Below are positions 16,519 through 26,019 of a DNA stretch of 64,000 bases, one piece after another. The DNA lies in NCBI GenBank assembly GCA_963843955.1, contig CAWJMK010000018.1, positions 648,445 to 712,444 of the forward strand, given 5' to 3'. The DNA is from an uncultured Actinomycetota bacterium (GTDB lineage Bacteria; Actinomycetota; Actinomycetes; Streptosporangiales; Streptosporangiaceae). The notes under the pieces were generated by a model. That model ran no database searches. It had not been told where the DNA came from and was given only the letters and a program-made list of their open reading frames with translations. Every line of letters starts with the position of its first letter. Positions within the stretch are counted from its first letter, which is position 1. The position numbers and the translations under genes are program-made.

Positions 16519-16928
16519 TCGTCGACTCGTCGGCGGTACTGGCGGTGATCGGCAGAGAACCGGGCCATGAACGCATCGTTCATGAACTCGCGGCATCTAC
16601 GGGGACCCGGATCGGCGCGCCAACCCAGCTGGAAACGGGAATCGTGCTGACGGCGCGGCTTGGGCCACGGGGGAGGACGGTACTGGCACGCTTCCTGCAG
16701 GAAAACGCCATCCAGACCGTGGCGTTCGACGAGGGCCATGCGGCCGTGGCGCTCGACGCTTACTCCCGTTTCGGCAAGGGCAGGCATCCGGCTGCTTTGA
16801 ATTTCGGCGACTGCTGTACTTATGCGACTGCTTCCATCGCCGGCGAAGAGCTGCTGTGCGTTGGGAACGACTTCCGCCAGACGGACCTGGCCCTCGTCAG
16901 CGTTGACGACGGAGACGACGCCGGCTAA
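16515..16928 (+). CDS. vapC: VapC PIN-domain ribonuclease toxin
   Basis: MIVDSSAVLAVI...FDEGHAAVALDAYSRFGKGRHPAALNFGDCCTYA...LLCVGNDF. Confidence 0.9.
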   Translation: MIVDSSAVLAVIGREPGHERIVHELAASTGTRIGAPTQLETGIVLTARLGPRGRTVLARFLQENAIQTVAFDEGHAAVALDAYSRFGKGRHPAALNFGDCCTYATASIAGEELLCVGNDFRQTDLALVSVDDGDDAG

Positions 16929-17065
16929 TCCAGTTGACCGGCGGAACCGAGCTGAGAGCAGGGAAGTTCGCGGCAACAGGCCGTTGCCGGTTCCGAGATA
17001 GTTGCCGTGCCAAATTTGCTGGCAAGGACGGGTCGACCTAACCGTCCTCTGTCACCGACTCGTGG

Positions 17066-17187
17066 GGGCCAAACTGAGAGCCAACGTCAGCAGGGCCTGG
17101 GCGGTGTCAGGCGTCGTCGGGCGATTGTCGTCGCAGGTCAGCGCCACGTAAGGCCGTGGTGGGCGGCGTCTGGCCTGGTTCGGGTTT
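17066..17187 (+). repeat. Conserved right arm, copy lacking the tRNA core
   Basis: Aligns with 12788-12908 up to ...ctggcctggttcgggttt, then diverges. Confidence 0.85.
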
Positions 17188-17270
17188 ACCGGCGGCCACC
17201 GGTTTGAGCCCGGCCACGACCTCGGCCTGGAGTTGCTTCAGGTTCTCTTTCGGGACGCCGGTGCCTGATG

Positions 17271-18500
17271 TCATCTCCGCAGCGACAGGTCGAAGCGCTC
17301 GAACCTGCGAATGTAGGCGAATGGCATCCACCGCGGTTCCGCTACCGCTTCCAACGAGGCAGTGAGCTGGATAAGCGAGTACATGAGCTCCTCGAGTTCG
17401 ATGTTCGTTAGCGCTGCCCCGATGCAATAGTGGGCTCCGGCGCCGAATGTCGGTGGCGCAGGATTCGGCCGGCGAACGTCGAATGTCATCGGCAGGTCAT
17501 AACGCCGGGGGTCGCGCGACGCCGCGGGCAGGCAGAAACCGACCGGCGTGCCCGCCGCGATGCGCACGCCGGCGACGACCGTATCCTCGCTCGCGGTCCG
17601 CGACGTGGAGAAGGTAATGGCCTCGTAGCGCAGGACCTCATCCACGGCATTAGGGATCAGCGCGGGAGCTGACCGGATGGCCTGCATAGCCGCAGGATTA
17701 TCGACCAGGAGCCACAGCATGGCGCCGATCGCGCCACGGGTCGTGTCGTGGCCCGCAAAGAGCAGGTTCTCGATCAGGTCAACCAGTTCGCGGGTAGACA
17801 GCTTGTCACCGGCCTCCTCAACCCGGATCAGGTCGCTGAGCAGGTCGTCGCCGCTGGACTTCCGACGCTCGGCGACGATGCTGATCACGTACTCGTCCAA
17901 GTTTGCGAGCGCCCGCTCCACCCGGGCATTGACGTCCGGATCTCCGACCGCGCCGAATGCGAGGCCGATATCCGTCGTCCACTCGGCGAAGATCTCGCGA
18001 TCGGCTTCGGGTATATGCAGGAGCTGCGCCATGACCATGGACGGCAAGTGGTGTGCGATGGTCTCCATCACGTCGACGCGGCCGCCTTCCACCGCGCGCG
18101 AGACGAGCGAGTCCGCGATGACGCGGATCTTGACCCGTTCCTGCTCCATCCGCCGAGGTGTGAAAGCACGGCTGACGAGCCGCCGGATCCTGGTGTGGAC
18201 CGGCGCGTTGTTGCTGAACATCATCCGGGACCACCACTCCCAGACCGGACCCGAGCTGAGGCCCATCATCGCTAGCAGGTCCGCGGCCAGGAAGCCCGGA
18301 TCCTTCAGGCACCGCTCAACGTCGCTGTGGCCGAGAAGCCAGATGCCACCGTCGTTGGCACGGGCAACGGTGGCGGCCGCTAGGGCATCCTGAATCGGCC
18401 CGTGGATGTCCTGCCAGAACGCCGGCTCCTCGATCGGCAGTACCGGCAGCTCCTTCACTGATGTCGTCTCGTGCGCTGGCGTCAACCCCGGCTTGGCCAC
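17271..18500 (-). CDS. Cytochrome P450
   Basis: FAGHDTTRGAI (I-helix), EVLRYE (ExxR), FGAGAHYCIGAAL (Cys-heme loop). Confidence 0.9.
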   Translation of the reverse strand: MAKPGLTPAHETTSVKELPVLPIEEPAFWQDIHGPIQDALAAATVARANDGGIWLLGHSDVERCLKDPGFLAADLLAMMGLSSGPVWEWWSRMMFSNNAPVHTRIRRLVSRAFTPRRMEQERVKIRVIADSLVSRAVEGGRVDVMETIAHHLPSMVMAQLLHIPEADREIFAEWTTDIGLAFGAVGDPDVNARVERALANLDEYVISIVAERRKSSGDDLLSDLIRVEEAGDKLSTRELVDLIENLLFAGHDTTRGAIGAMLWLLVDNPAAMQAIRSAPALIPNAVDEVLRYEAITFSTSRTASEDTVVAGVRIAAGTPVGFCLPAASRDPRRYDLPMTFDVRRPNPAPPTFGAGAHYCIGAALTNIELEELMYSLIQLTASLEAVAEPRWMPFAYIRRFERFDLSLRR

Positions 18501-18509
18501 GTCATCTCC

Positions 18510-18705
18510 TTGTCACACTGCAGCTCGGCCGCGGCACGGAAAGCCGCTGTATCGGTGATTTGCTGCCGGTGCCAGATCTGTCACGCACTCGGAAGATGGT
18601 GCGGACGGGAGCATCCACGGCCCGGCCAGTTGCCTTGTCAGCGGAGTACGGGCCGAGCACGATCACCGTTTCGCCCGCGTCAATGTACTCCTCGACCCTG
18701 GTGCG
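18510..18705 (-). pseudogene. SnoaL/NTF2-like protein, 3' fragment
   Basis: VEEYIDAGETVIVLGPYSADKATGRAVDAPVRTIFRVRD, then a frame change. No N-terminal part is present. Confidence 0.3.
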
Positions 18706-18965
18706 TTAATAGTCCCATTCATGATAGATAGGGGTGGCCGCCTTTGCAATGGGCCTCTTCCGGCCCGCGCTACGGCCAGCGCAATGCCGCGTAGTTAAGG
18801 ATCAGCGAGCTGGGTCAAGCAAGATCGCGTTGTTCGGCGTGTCGCCGGCATGCACGACGTGCTCGGAAGGCAGACCTGCCGACGGGATAGTTATAACGGT
18901 AGGTCTCGCACAAGGCACTGCGGCCCGCCGAGCCCGCGCCAGGGGGCGTCGGGCTTCAGGATGGC

Positions 18966-19886
18966 TCAGATCGCCGTTTCGAGGTCCGTCACGCGAAATC
19001 GATCAGCCACGCTGGCGAGACTGTCAAGGGAGCGAGTGATGGTGCCCAGGTCGGCCATCGGGATTCCTACGACGAGTCGTTGTGCTCCCATACTCCGGTA
19101 TAGTTCCGCCTTCTCGAGGAGGACGTCCATCGCTGCGTTGTCCTCGAAGTACCAGGGGTTCCTTGGTGTCCTGGATACTCCGAGGCTTACCGTCAGGAGT
19201 GGCTCAGGTCGTCCCGATTCGGCTGCCATTGCTCGCAACTTCCGCAGCCTTGTGGGGAGCTCCGGGTTGTCGAGCGGGTACCAGCCGTCGGCTAGGTCCA
19301 CGAGCTGGCGGAGTTGCCATTCGAAGCCAGTCGCGCCCAGCAGGATCGGAGGGTGCGGCTTTTGAACCGGCTTGGGCCAGACCCAAGACTCGCTGAACGA
19401 CCCGAATTTGCCTTCGTGAGCAACTGTTTCTTCGGTCCACAGTCGCTTTAGCACAGCCAGCTTCTCTGCGAAGACCTCTCGGCGCGAGTCCCACTGCACA
19501 CCGTTGTTCTCAGCTTCGGGCTTGTTCCAGCCGTAACCGACTCCGAACTCGAGACGGCCTCCTGAGACCATGTCAAGGGTGGCGGCGGCCTTGGCAAGAT
19601 GGAACGAGTTGTGTTCAGCTACCAGGATGATCCCGGTGCCGAACCGGATGGTGCGTGTGACGGCGGCGGCGGCCGCAAACGACACGAACAGGTCCGGGAA
19701 ACGTTGGTAGAACTCTCGACCGAGCTCGCCGGTTTCTGCGAACACAGTGTTTACCGGGATGTGGCTATGCTCGCCTTGGAAAATCGATTCCAACCCCCTT
19801 TCCTCGGCGAGGACAGAGACCTCGGTGATCGACGGGGTGGTGTCGTTAAGAGCAGTGACAATCCCTATGTGCATGTTCGGGAACAT
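18966..19886 (-). CDS. Luciferase-like (LLM class, probably F420-dependent) oxidoreductase
   Basis: ESIFQGEHSHIP...MVSGGRLEFGVGYGWN...PPILLGATG. Confidence 0.85.
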   Translation of the reverse strand: MFPNMHIGIVTALNDTTPSITEVSVLAEERGLESIFQGEHSHIPVNTVFAETGELGREFYQRFPDLFVSFAAAAAVTRTIRFGTGIILVAEHNSFHLAKAAATLDMVSGGRLEFGVGYGWNKPEAENNGVQWDSRREVFAEKLAVLKRLWTEETVAHEGKFGSFSESWVWPKPVQKPHPPILLGATGFEWQLRQLVDLADGWYPLDNPELPTRLRKLRAMAAESGRPEPLLTVSLGVSRTPRNPWYFEDNAAMDVLLEKAELYRSMGAQRLVVGIPMADLGTITRSLDSLASVADRFRVTDLETAI

Positions 19887-20376
19887 ACGTTATTTGGACG
19901 CAGTCCGCCATGCTCCGGCCCTGGACGTCGGTGTTCGCGCACGGCCACCTGCAGATCAGCCACCTGTTTCCGACGGCGACGAGGGCACCGGCCGCATCGA
20001 CTGGCCAGAGGCGAGCCGGGGCGACGCGCTGTGCAGACCTCGCTAGCCTGACGAACTTGCATGAGGAGCACCGCCCCGAGCTCCTCGCCCGTAACGGCAC
20101 CGATGTTGACATCGACGTGATCCGCGGCTGGTCGCTGCGAAGCCTGCGGAAGTCCCGCTAGCTGATCGAGCACGGCTTCGGCCCGTCCTCCCCCGGCGCC
20201 GAGTTCGCTGTGGTGAGAGCTCAGATGCGGCGGGGCTGACCAGGCGAGACGTTTGTGTGCTTGACAGCAACTAACCATTGCGCCATCATATATCGACCGT
20301 ATGGTTCAATACAGTCTACTTCGAAACAAGCAACCGCTCGCAGGTCACCACCTGATCGGGCGCCCGGGAAGGTGAC

Positions 20377-21669
20377 ATGAAGTCCCACATCACGAGGTCG
20401 TTAAGCGGTCTCTGCCTGTCCGGTACTTTGGCACCATCAGCTCGACGTCGCGCAGCCGCTGTTGTCGCCTGTGTCACGCTCTTTGCTCTCGGAGCCTCGG
20501 CGTGCGCGTCCAGTAGTAACGGCGGTTCCAGTACGACGGCTGCCGGCGCCAAATCGGCGACGATCAAGATCGCCTATTTGGGCGATCAGTCCGGGGCTCT
20601 GGCGACAACGTTCGGGCCCGAGCTGAGCGGCGTCCATGCGTTCGTGGACTACTACAATGCACACGGGGGACTCTCCGGACACAGGCTCGTATTGTCTGTC
20701 TACGACGACGAGAGCAGCTCAAGCGCGGTGCTTTCGAATGCCCGGCTGGCTGTCCAGCAAGGCGCGGACGTCATCGTTACCCAGGATCCGTATTTCGACA
20801 GCGCTGCTCCGTATCTGCAGTCGACCGGTATCCCCGTTTTTGGTGCTGGCATCACCGCGGGATTTTACGGCAAAGATAAGACGACATTCTTTTCTCCCGT
20901 GGGCGATTGGATCGACTACACCAGCGATGCCGGCATGAAGTTCTTTGTGCAAAAAGGTCTCAAGAAGATTGCCGTGGTGTCGGACGCGAATCCTGGCAAC
21001 ATGATCGCAGCCCATGAGGTAGCGAAGGCCGTCCCCTTGGTCGGCGGAACTCTGGTCTACTCCAATTACTCGGTCGATGACACCGACACCGCAAGCCTGT
21101 TGGCTTTGGCGCAACGGTTGAAGGCCGTCGGCGCTCAAGCGATGCTGGCGAACCTGTACGGCACGGCTGCGCCCGAATTGCAGTCTGACCTGAACCAGGC
21201 CGGCGCGCACGCTGTTGTGCTGAGCGACAGCACCGGTTTCGATCCGGCAGTCACTAAGCAGTTCGGCACGACGATCAATGGCCTCCTCGGAGAACAGAAC
21301 GGAGCCACACCTTTGAATTCCGCCGTCCCGCCGATAAAGACGTACCTCGCAGCGATGAAGCAGTACGAGCCATCGGGCGACCCGTACAACGCCTCGAACC
21401 TTTTCGGATGGTACGCCATGACACTGTTCGGTGGGGCCGTGCAGCGCCTCGGAACCAAGGTTCCCACCTCCGCGAACATTGTCGCCGCTGGGAACAGCAT
21501 AAAAAACTTCACCGCCGACGGCATGCTCCAACCGATCTCGTTTCCCGCGATGCATGACACGCTGGCACCTTGCCTGTCCTTCGCGCAAGTCACCAACGGT
21601 CAATTCAAAATAGTGTCGGGCTCAGGGACCAACTTCCTCCTCTGCGGCACACCGGTGGGGAACAATTAG
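20377..21669 (+). CDS. ABC-transporter substrate-binding lipoprotein (branched-chain amino-acid/LivJ-like fold)
   Basis: Signal peptide with lipobox ...LGASAC, then IKIAYLGDQSGALATTFG. No permease or ATPase gene is adjacent. GC is lower than in the flanks. Confidence 0.8.
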   Translation: MKSHITRSLSGLCLSGTLAPSARRRAAAVVACVTLFALGASACASSSNGGSSTTAAGAKSATIKIAYLGDQSGALATTFGPELSGVHAFVDYYNAHGGLSGHRLVLSVYDDESSSSAVLSNARLAVQQGADVIVTQDPYFDSAAPYLQSTGIPVFGAGITAGFYGKDKTTFFSPVGDWIDYTSDAGMKFFVQKGLKKIAVVSDANPGNMIAAHEVAKAVPLVGGTLVYSNYSVDDTDTASLLALAQRLKAVGAQAMLANLYGTAAPELQSDLNQAGAHAVVLSDSTGFDPAVTKQFGTTINGLLGEQNGATPLNSAVPPIKTYLAAMKQYEPSGDPYNASNLFGWYAMTLFGGAVQRLGTKVPTSANIVAAGNSIKNFTADGMLQPISFPAMHDTLAPCLSFAQVTNGQFKIVSGSGTNFLLCGTPVGNN

Positions 21670-22128
21670 GTAGACCTCATTCGGGATGTTGACCTGTCTC
21701 AACAGACTGCCGTCGGCCGGTACTGCATGGACCGACAAGACGATGCCGGCGAATCGCAGCCCGAAGCGGTTGAGGTGGTCAGCGTGGCGACATCAGTCGC
21801 TACCGCTGAGAGCGAGGAGTCTGACGAGCCCAGCGCCAGGGCACACGGATGATCCAGACGGAGATGTCACGCAGACCACTAAGTTCGCCGCGCGCCCCGC
21901 CGCGAGATCGTCATGCAGGGCGTCATCGACGATGCACCGCTTGAGCGGCAGGCACAGGCCAGCTCGTCGAAACCTTCGTCTTCGCCGAACGCCGACATCG
22001 ATTCATACGGAACGCCGGATTCGGACCATTCATAACGCCGCTTGCCGGCCTTACAGTTCGCCGCCTGAAGACGGGCGACTGCGGCGGGGACGGGCGTGAG
22101 GATGCTCCTGCCGTAACAAGACGTGTGA

Positions 22129-22278
22129 GAGCCAAACTGGGAGCCAAGGTCAGCCGGAGCCTAGCGTCGTCAGGCTGCATCAGGCGATCGTCGTGCCAGG
22201 TCAGCGCCACGTAGGGCCGTGGTGAGCGCTGTCTGACCTGGTTCGGGTTTGCGTCCTAAGCAGTAGGCCGCAGGTTCG
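22129..22278 (+). repeat. Conserved right arm (22129-22249) plus truncated tRNA-Arg fragment (22250-22278, 28/29)
   Basis: Aligns with the other arms. The tRNA identity stops after ...gcaggttcg. Confidence 0.85.
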
Positions 22279-22502
22279 TTTCGGGACAGGCACTGACCAG
22301 GCGCAGCCTAAGCGCGCCCGTGACCTCGGCCGGGCACTGGCCACCGCCCTCGAACTGAAAGGCGACGGTGTCGCGGTCCGGCCGCTGGATTTGTCTGAGA
22401 CGGCTATTTGCGGCGGCGTTGCTGGAGTCGTCACACGCCAGGTCACACGGCGGGCGGGCATGGTCGGTTTAAGCGAAAGTCCGTGGACCGAAGGAGTAAG
22501 CC

Positions 22503-22739
22503 ATGCCGCTTGTCAATGTTCGCCTGATCGAGGGAGTCTTCTCCCCCGACCAGAAGCGCGAGATAATCCACAAGCTGACCGAGACGATGGTGGAGATCGA
22601 GGGCGAAAGCCTGCGTCCAGTTACGTGGGTCATCGTCGAGGAGGTCAAGAGTGGGGACTGGGGCATCGGCGGGAACGGTCTCACGACCGCCGATGTACAT
22701 GCCCTGCAGGGTCAGGCCCCGGCTGCGGTTGCGGGCTGA
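22503..22739 (+). CDS. 4-oxalocrotonate tautomerase-family protein
   Basis: MPLVNVRLIEGVFSPDQKREIIHKLTETMVEIEG (catalytic Pro1). RBS GAAGGAG. Confidence 0.85.
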   Translation: MPLVNVRLIEGVFSPDQKREIIHKLTETMVEIEGESLRPVTWVIVEEVKSGDWGIGGNGLTTADVHALQGQAPAAVAG

Positions 22740-22751
22740 GGTTCACCAGCG

Positions 22752-24554
22752 ATGACGCGGCGGGTACGGCTGCTCGGGTGTCCTCGCATCGAGGACGATG
22801 GGCAGTCTTGCCCGGCGCCGCGCGGTGTCAAATCCTGGGCGGTGCTGGCCCGGGTCGCGCTGGCTGAACGTCCGGTCGGGCGGCACGAGCTAGCGAGAGA
22901 ACTGTTCGGCGAGGCAGACGATCCGCTGGGCGCGTTGCGATGGTGCCTGGCGGACCTGCGGCGCAGCCTGGGCCTGCGGACGTTGCTCCGCGGTGATCCC
23001 CTCGGCCTGGCGCGGGATGAGCTGTGGCTGGATGTGCAGGCGCTTGATGACAGCTCCCTGCCCGCCCGGGACATCGCCGGCGGCCTGCTGGAGGGTGTCG
23101 AGCTGCGGGATTGCCCAGGGTTCGATACATGGTTGCTGCTGGCCCGCATGCATTACGCCGCGCGCTGCAGGCAAGAGCTACGCCGGCTAGCGCTGAGTCT
23201 GCTGGCAGCTGGTGACGTTGAGGATGCGACAGTCGCGGCCGGGCGTGCAGCCGCGCTCGATCCGCTGGACGACGGCGCGCAGGAGCTCTTCCTGCGGACC
23301 CTCGTTGCAGCTGGGCGTGGCGGGCTGGCCTCGGCGCATCTTGCCTCGTGCGAGCTGACGTTCGCACGCGAAGGGCTTGTGCCGTCGCCCGCGCTGCGGT
23401 CGGCGGCTCGTGACCCTGGGCCGCCCAGTTCGCGGCTGCGTGCCGGGGTGGTCGCTGCCTCCCTGTTGCGGGCAGGAACAGCTGCGTTGGATGCGGGCGC
23501 GGCAGACGCCGGGGTCGAGACACTGCGCCGCGCGGCTAAGGAGGCCGGGCGAGCCGCCGACCCGGCTACGCAGGCTGATGTGCTTCGCGCCCTGGGCAGC
23601 GCCTTGGTCCACGCGGTGCGAGGATCGGACGGTGAGGGAGCAGTCGTGCTGCACCGCGCCCTGCTGGCCGCCCGCACCGCAGGCCAGACTGCGGCGGTGG
23701 CAGAAATCCTGCGGGAGCTGGCCTTCGTGGACGTACAGGCCGGCCGGCACGCCTCCGCCGACCGGGCGCTACAGGAAGCCGCGCAGCAAGCCGCCGCTGA
23801 TCCTGCTCTGATGGCCGGGATCCTCGCCATGCAGGGGATGAATCAGGCCGACCGTGGACGGCACATCGAAGCGGCGGCATTGCTCACGCAGTCAGCCGAC
23901 ACTGCCCGCCAGGCCGGACGTGGCCGCCAAGAGGCCTGGTCGCAGGGAGTGCTGGCCCGCTCGTTGTCGCTTGCGGGACAACTGCAGCCAGCTCAGGCAG
24001 CAGCCGAGCGGAGCATGACATTGGCACGGGGCGAACGGTGGAATGCCTTCCTGCCATGGCCCCAGGTGCTGCGCGCCCAGTGCCTCGCCGACGCCGGCTT
24101 CTTGGATCAAGCCAGCGAGGACGCTGAGCAAGCGTTCGCTCTCGCCTGCGAACTGGGTGACCCCTGCTGGGAGGGCATGGCCGGCCGGGTGCTTGGCCTG
24201 TTGGCGCTGCATGCGGGCGACCTGGACGCAGCACAGGCCTGGCTCGCCGATGCCCGCCGTCGCTGCGACCGGGTCCCGGACCGGTACGTCTGGGTCTCTG
24301 GCTACATCGGACTGGCCCAGCTGGAGCTGGCCGCCCGCCAGGACATTGACCTGGTCGGACCTTCAGCGGCACGGCTCTACCAGCACGCGGTGCGCAGCGA
24401 TCTGCCGGAATTCCTCGCCTGGGCGCTGGTCTATCAGGCCGAGTCCGGCGACCGCGCCAAGGTACCGCTGGCCCGCACCGCAGCCGATGGCGTGACCAAC
24501 CCCAAGCTCCAGGCGCGAGTTCAGGCCCTATCCGGCGACAGCCGTATCGCCTGA
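22752..24554 (+). CDS. SARP/AfsR-like regulator (OmpR-type wHTH plus BTAD plus TPR-like repeats)
   Basis: VRLLGCPRIEDDG...KSWAVLARVAL...LWLDVQAL...FDTWLLLARMHY...AAALDPLDDGAQELFLRTLVAAG, then Ala/Leu-rich helical repeats. Confidence 0.8.
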   Translation: MTRRVRLLGCPRIEDDGQSCPAPRGVKSWAVLARVALAERPVGRHELARELFGEADDPLGALRWCLADLRRSLGLRTLLRGDPLGLARDELWLDVQALDDSSLPARDIAGGLLEGVELRDCPGFDTWLLLARMHYAARCRQELRRLALSLLAAGDVEDATVAAGRAAALDPLDDGAQELFLRTLVAAGRGGLASAHLASCELTFAREGLVPSPALRSAARDPGPPSSRLRAGVVAASLLRAGTAALDAGAADAGVETLRRAAKEAGRAADPATQADVLRALGSALVHAVRGSDGEGAVVLHRALLAARTAGQTAAVAEILRELAFVDVQAGRHASADRALQEAAQQAAADPALMAGILAMQGMNQADRGRHIEAAALLTQSADTARQAGRGRQEAWSQGVLARSLSLAGQLQPAQAAAERSMTLARGERWNAFLPWPQVLRAQCLADAGFLDQASEDAEQAFALACELGDPCWEGMAGRVLGLLALHAGDLDAAQAWLADARRRCDRVPDRYVWVSGYIGLAQLELAARQDIDLVGPSAARLYQHAVRSDLPEFLAWALVYQAESGDRAKVPLARTAADGVTNPKLQARVQALSGDSRIA

Positions 24555-24608
24555 GGCATGCCACTGCAGGCGCGGGTCCCGGTGACCGCGATCGGGCTGG
24601 AACCCGCG

Positions 24609-24750
24609 GAGCCAACGTCAGTAGGAGCCTGGCGTCGTCGGGCGTCGTCGGGCGAGTGTCATCGCCGGTCGGCGCCACGTAGGGCGGCGGTGAGCGTCGT
24701 CTGGCCAGGTTCGGGTTTGCCTCCTAAGCAGTAGGCCGCAGGTTCGAGTC
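24609..24750 (+). repeat. Conserved right arm (24609-24717) plus truncated tRNA-Arg fragment (24718-24750, 33/33)
   Basis: Aligns with the other arms. tRNA identity stops after ...ggttcgagtc. Confidence 0.85.
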
Positions 24751-24792
24751 TCAGCGAGTCGACGCCTGGGTATCGGTGTACCGGACGGGACC

Positions 24793-25605
24793 CTAAAACC
24801 GCCAGCCGCGCAGCAACCGTGCCACATGTCCGCGGCCGCGACCGGGAACCAGGCGCACCTGGCGAATCGACCGCCAGGTCTTGCCGGTGAGCAGGAATTC
24901 CCCTGGGGTGGCCGTCGACGCGATGCCGTTCATGATCGCCTCCGGGTCGCGCCCATGCCGCTCGGCCGCCGCTCCTGCGTCCACGATGTCGGTCACCTCA
25001 CCGGAGGCGAGGTCGATCCCGGCCAGGCAGCTGGTCCCAGCGACGTTGGCCCAGACTAGGCCTTCGGCCCAGGTGAGATCGTTGAGCCACCGGACCGGCG
25101 CCCCCTGACAACGGACGTGCACGATCTCACGCTGTTCGAGTGTGTCCGGATCCCTGCGTACCAGCTCGCCGGTCCCGTTGCTCGTCACAACCTCGCGGGT
25201 AATCAGTTCACTGGTCGGTCCCTGCGCGACGACCGCGCACATGCCCCATCCTTCGCGGTTGAAGCGAACCTTGTCCCGCAGCGTCAGGGAAACGGCGTCC
25301 CAACGGAACGCGACCAACTCCTTCCAGGTGAGCTGCCAGATGCTGTCTCCTACTCGGCAAATGCCCTCCGCGAAGAACTCGGGTGCCAGCTTCACCCGCG
25401 CGTCCATCGTTTCGCTTCGGTCCCCGGAGGTTGCGAATCGGCCGCCGGATTTGCCGTCAGCGAGTGCATACCGCCGCAACTCGGACTGTCTGTAAATCCC
25501 CACGGACTCCCAGACGGTTCCGCCTTCGCTGAGCAGCCCCTGGGTAAACCCCCTCTCAGGGTGAGCCACCCGGCGTACCACTCGCACCCCGTAAGTCCGC
25601 ACCAT
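24793..25605 (-). CDS. Glutamine cyclotransferase (beta-propeller type)
   Basis: FTQGLLSEGGTVWESVGIYRQSELRRY...FAEGICRVGDSIWQLTWKE...GWGMC...LNDLTWAEGLVWANV. Confidence 0.8.
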   Translation of the reverse strand: MVRTYGVRVVRRVAHPERGFTQGLLSEGGTVWESVGIYRQSELRRYALADGKSGGRFATSGDRSETMDARVKLAPEFFAEGICRVGDSIWQLTWKELVAFRWDAVSLTLRDKVRFNREGWGMCAVVAQGPTSELITREVVTSNGTGELVRRDPDTLEQREIVHVRCQGAPVRWLNDLTWAEGLVWANVAGTSCLAGIDLASGEVTDIVDAGAAAERHGRDPEAIMNGIASTATPGEFLLTGKTWRSIRQVRLVPGRGRGHVARLLRGWRF

Positions 25606-26019
25606 GCTGTGATTATCGTGCGAAGTCGGGATCGCTTCGCGCTCGGCGGTTATCGCGGTTACTCATGCGGCATGCGGCGAGACGGACGACCTCCCCAACG
25701 AAGAGGGCCGCCTTGGCCAAGGCCGCGGTGTGCTTGAGCGATCTCGCTACCGAATGGCGCGTCCGCCTGTAAGCCGTCGCGCGACGCAGACGATGTGGCT
25801 TCACAAAATGCGTTACAGGGCTCGGCACATAGGTCACTGCGATGATGCTGTGGGCGAACAAGGGGTTACAGCAGCGCATAGGGTCCGTGATCCACCCGAA
25901 AGGGTATGAGTCCTTATAAGGTGCTACCATTACAATGTCGCTGACTCTTTACACAATCAAGACCGTTACGAATCTCGGGCGAGCCATTTGCATCTTGCGG
26001 CGCACGAAGGAGGGTCGGC

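Larger units (their letters stand above)
12955..17187. mobile_element. Island remnant 3 (integrase-less): MFS/HxlR, pRiA4b-ORF3-like fragment, VapBC
   Basis: Bounded on the left by the AT-rich arm and on the right by a conserved right arm whose tRNA core has been deleted. Confidence 0.45.
17188..22278. mobile_element. Island remnant 4 (integrase-less): P450, LLM oxidoreductase, orphan solute-binding lipoprotein
   Basis: Ends in a right arm plus a 29-nt tRNA fragment. The left edge is a deletion junction. Confidence 0.4.
22279..24750. mobile_element. Island remnant 5 (integrase-less): tautomerase plus SARP regulator
   Basis: Ends in a right arm plus a 33-nt tRNA fragment. Confidence 0.4.

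Noticed and set aside
21686-22128. Possible transposase or recombinase remnant before arm C (minus-strand readings such as KRRYEWSESGVPYESMSAFGEDEGFDEL and LPLKRCIVDDALHDDLAAGRAANLVV).
   Set aside because: The pieces need frame changes and I cannot assign them to any family from memory. I left them uncalled, and BLASTX would be decisive.
2462-24750. Whether the repeated tRNA fragments could be a CRISPR-like or other short-spacer array.
   Set aside because: The repeats are 29-46 nt but separated by 2.4-7.5 kb of gene-containing DNA. They are tRNA-derived and progressively truncated. No cas genes are present. This is an att-site array, not CRISPR.
25613-25930. A 105-aa minus-strand ORF in the low-GC islet.
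   Set aside because: It has no RBS, an odd composition and no motif. It lies in the promoter region of the 26020 gene. It is probably non-coding, though a degraded gene fragment cannot be excluded.
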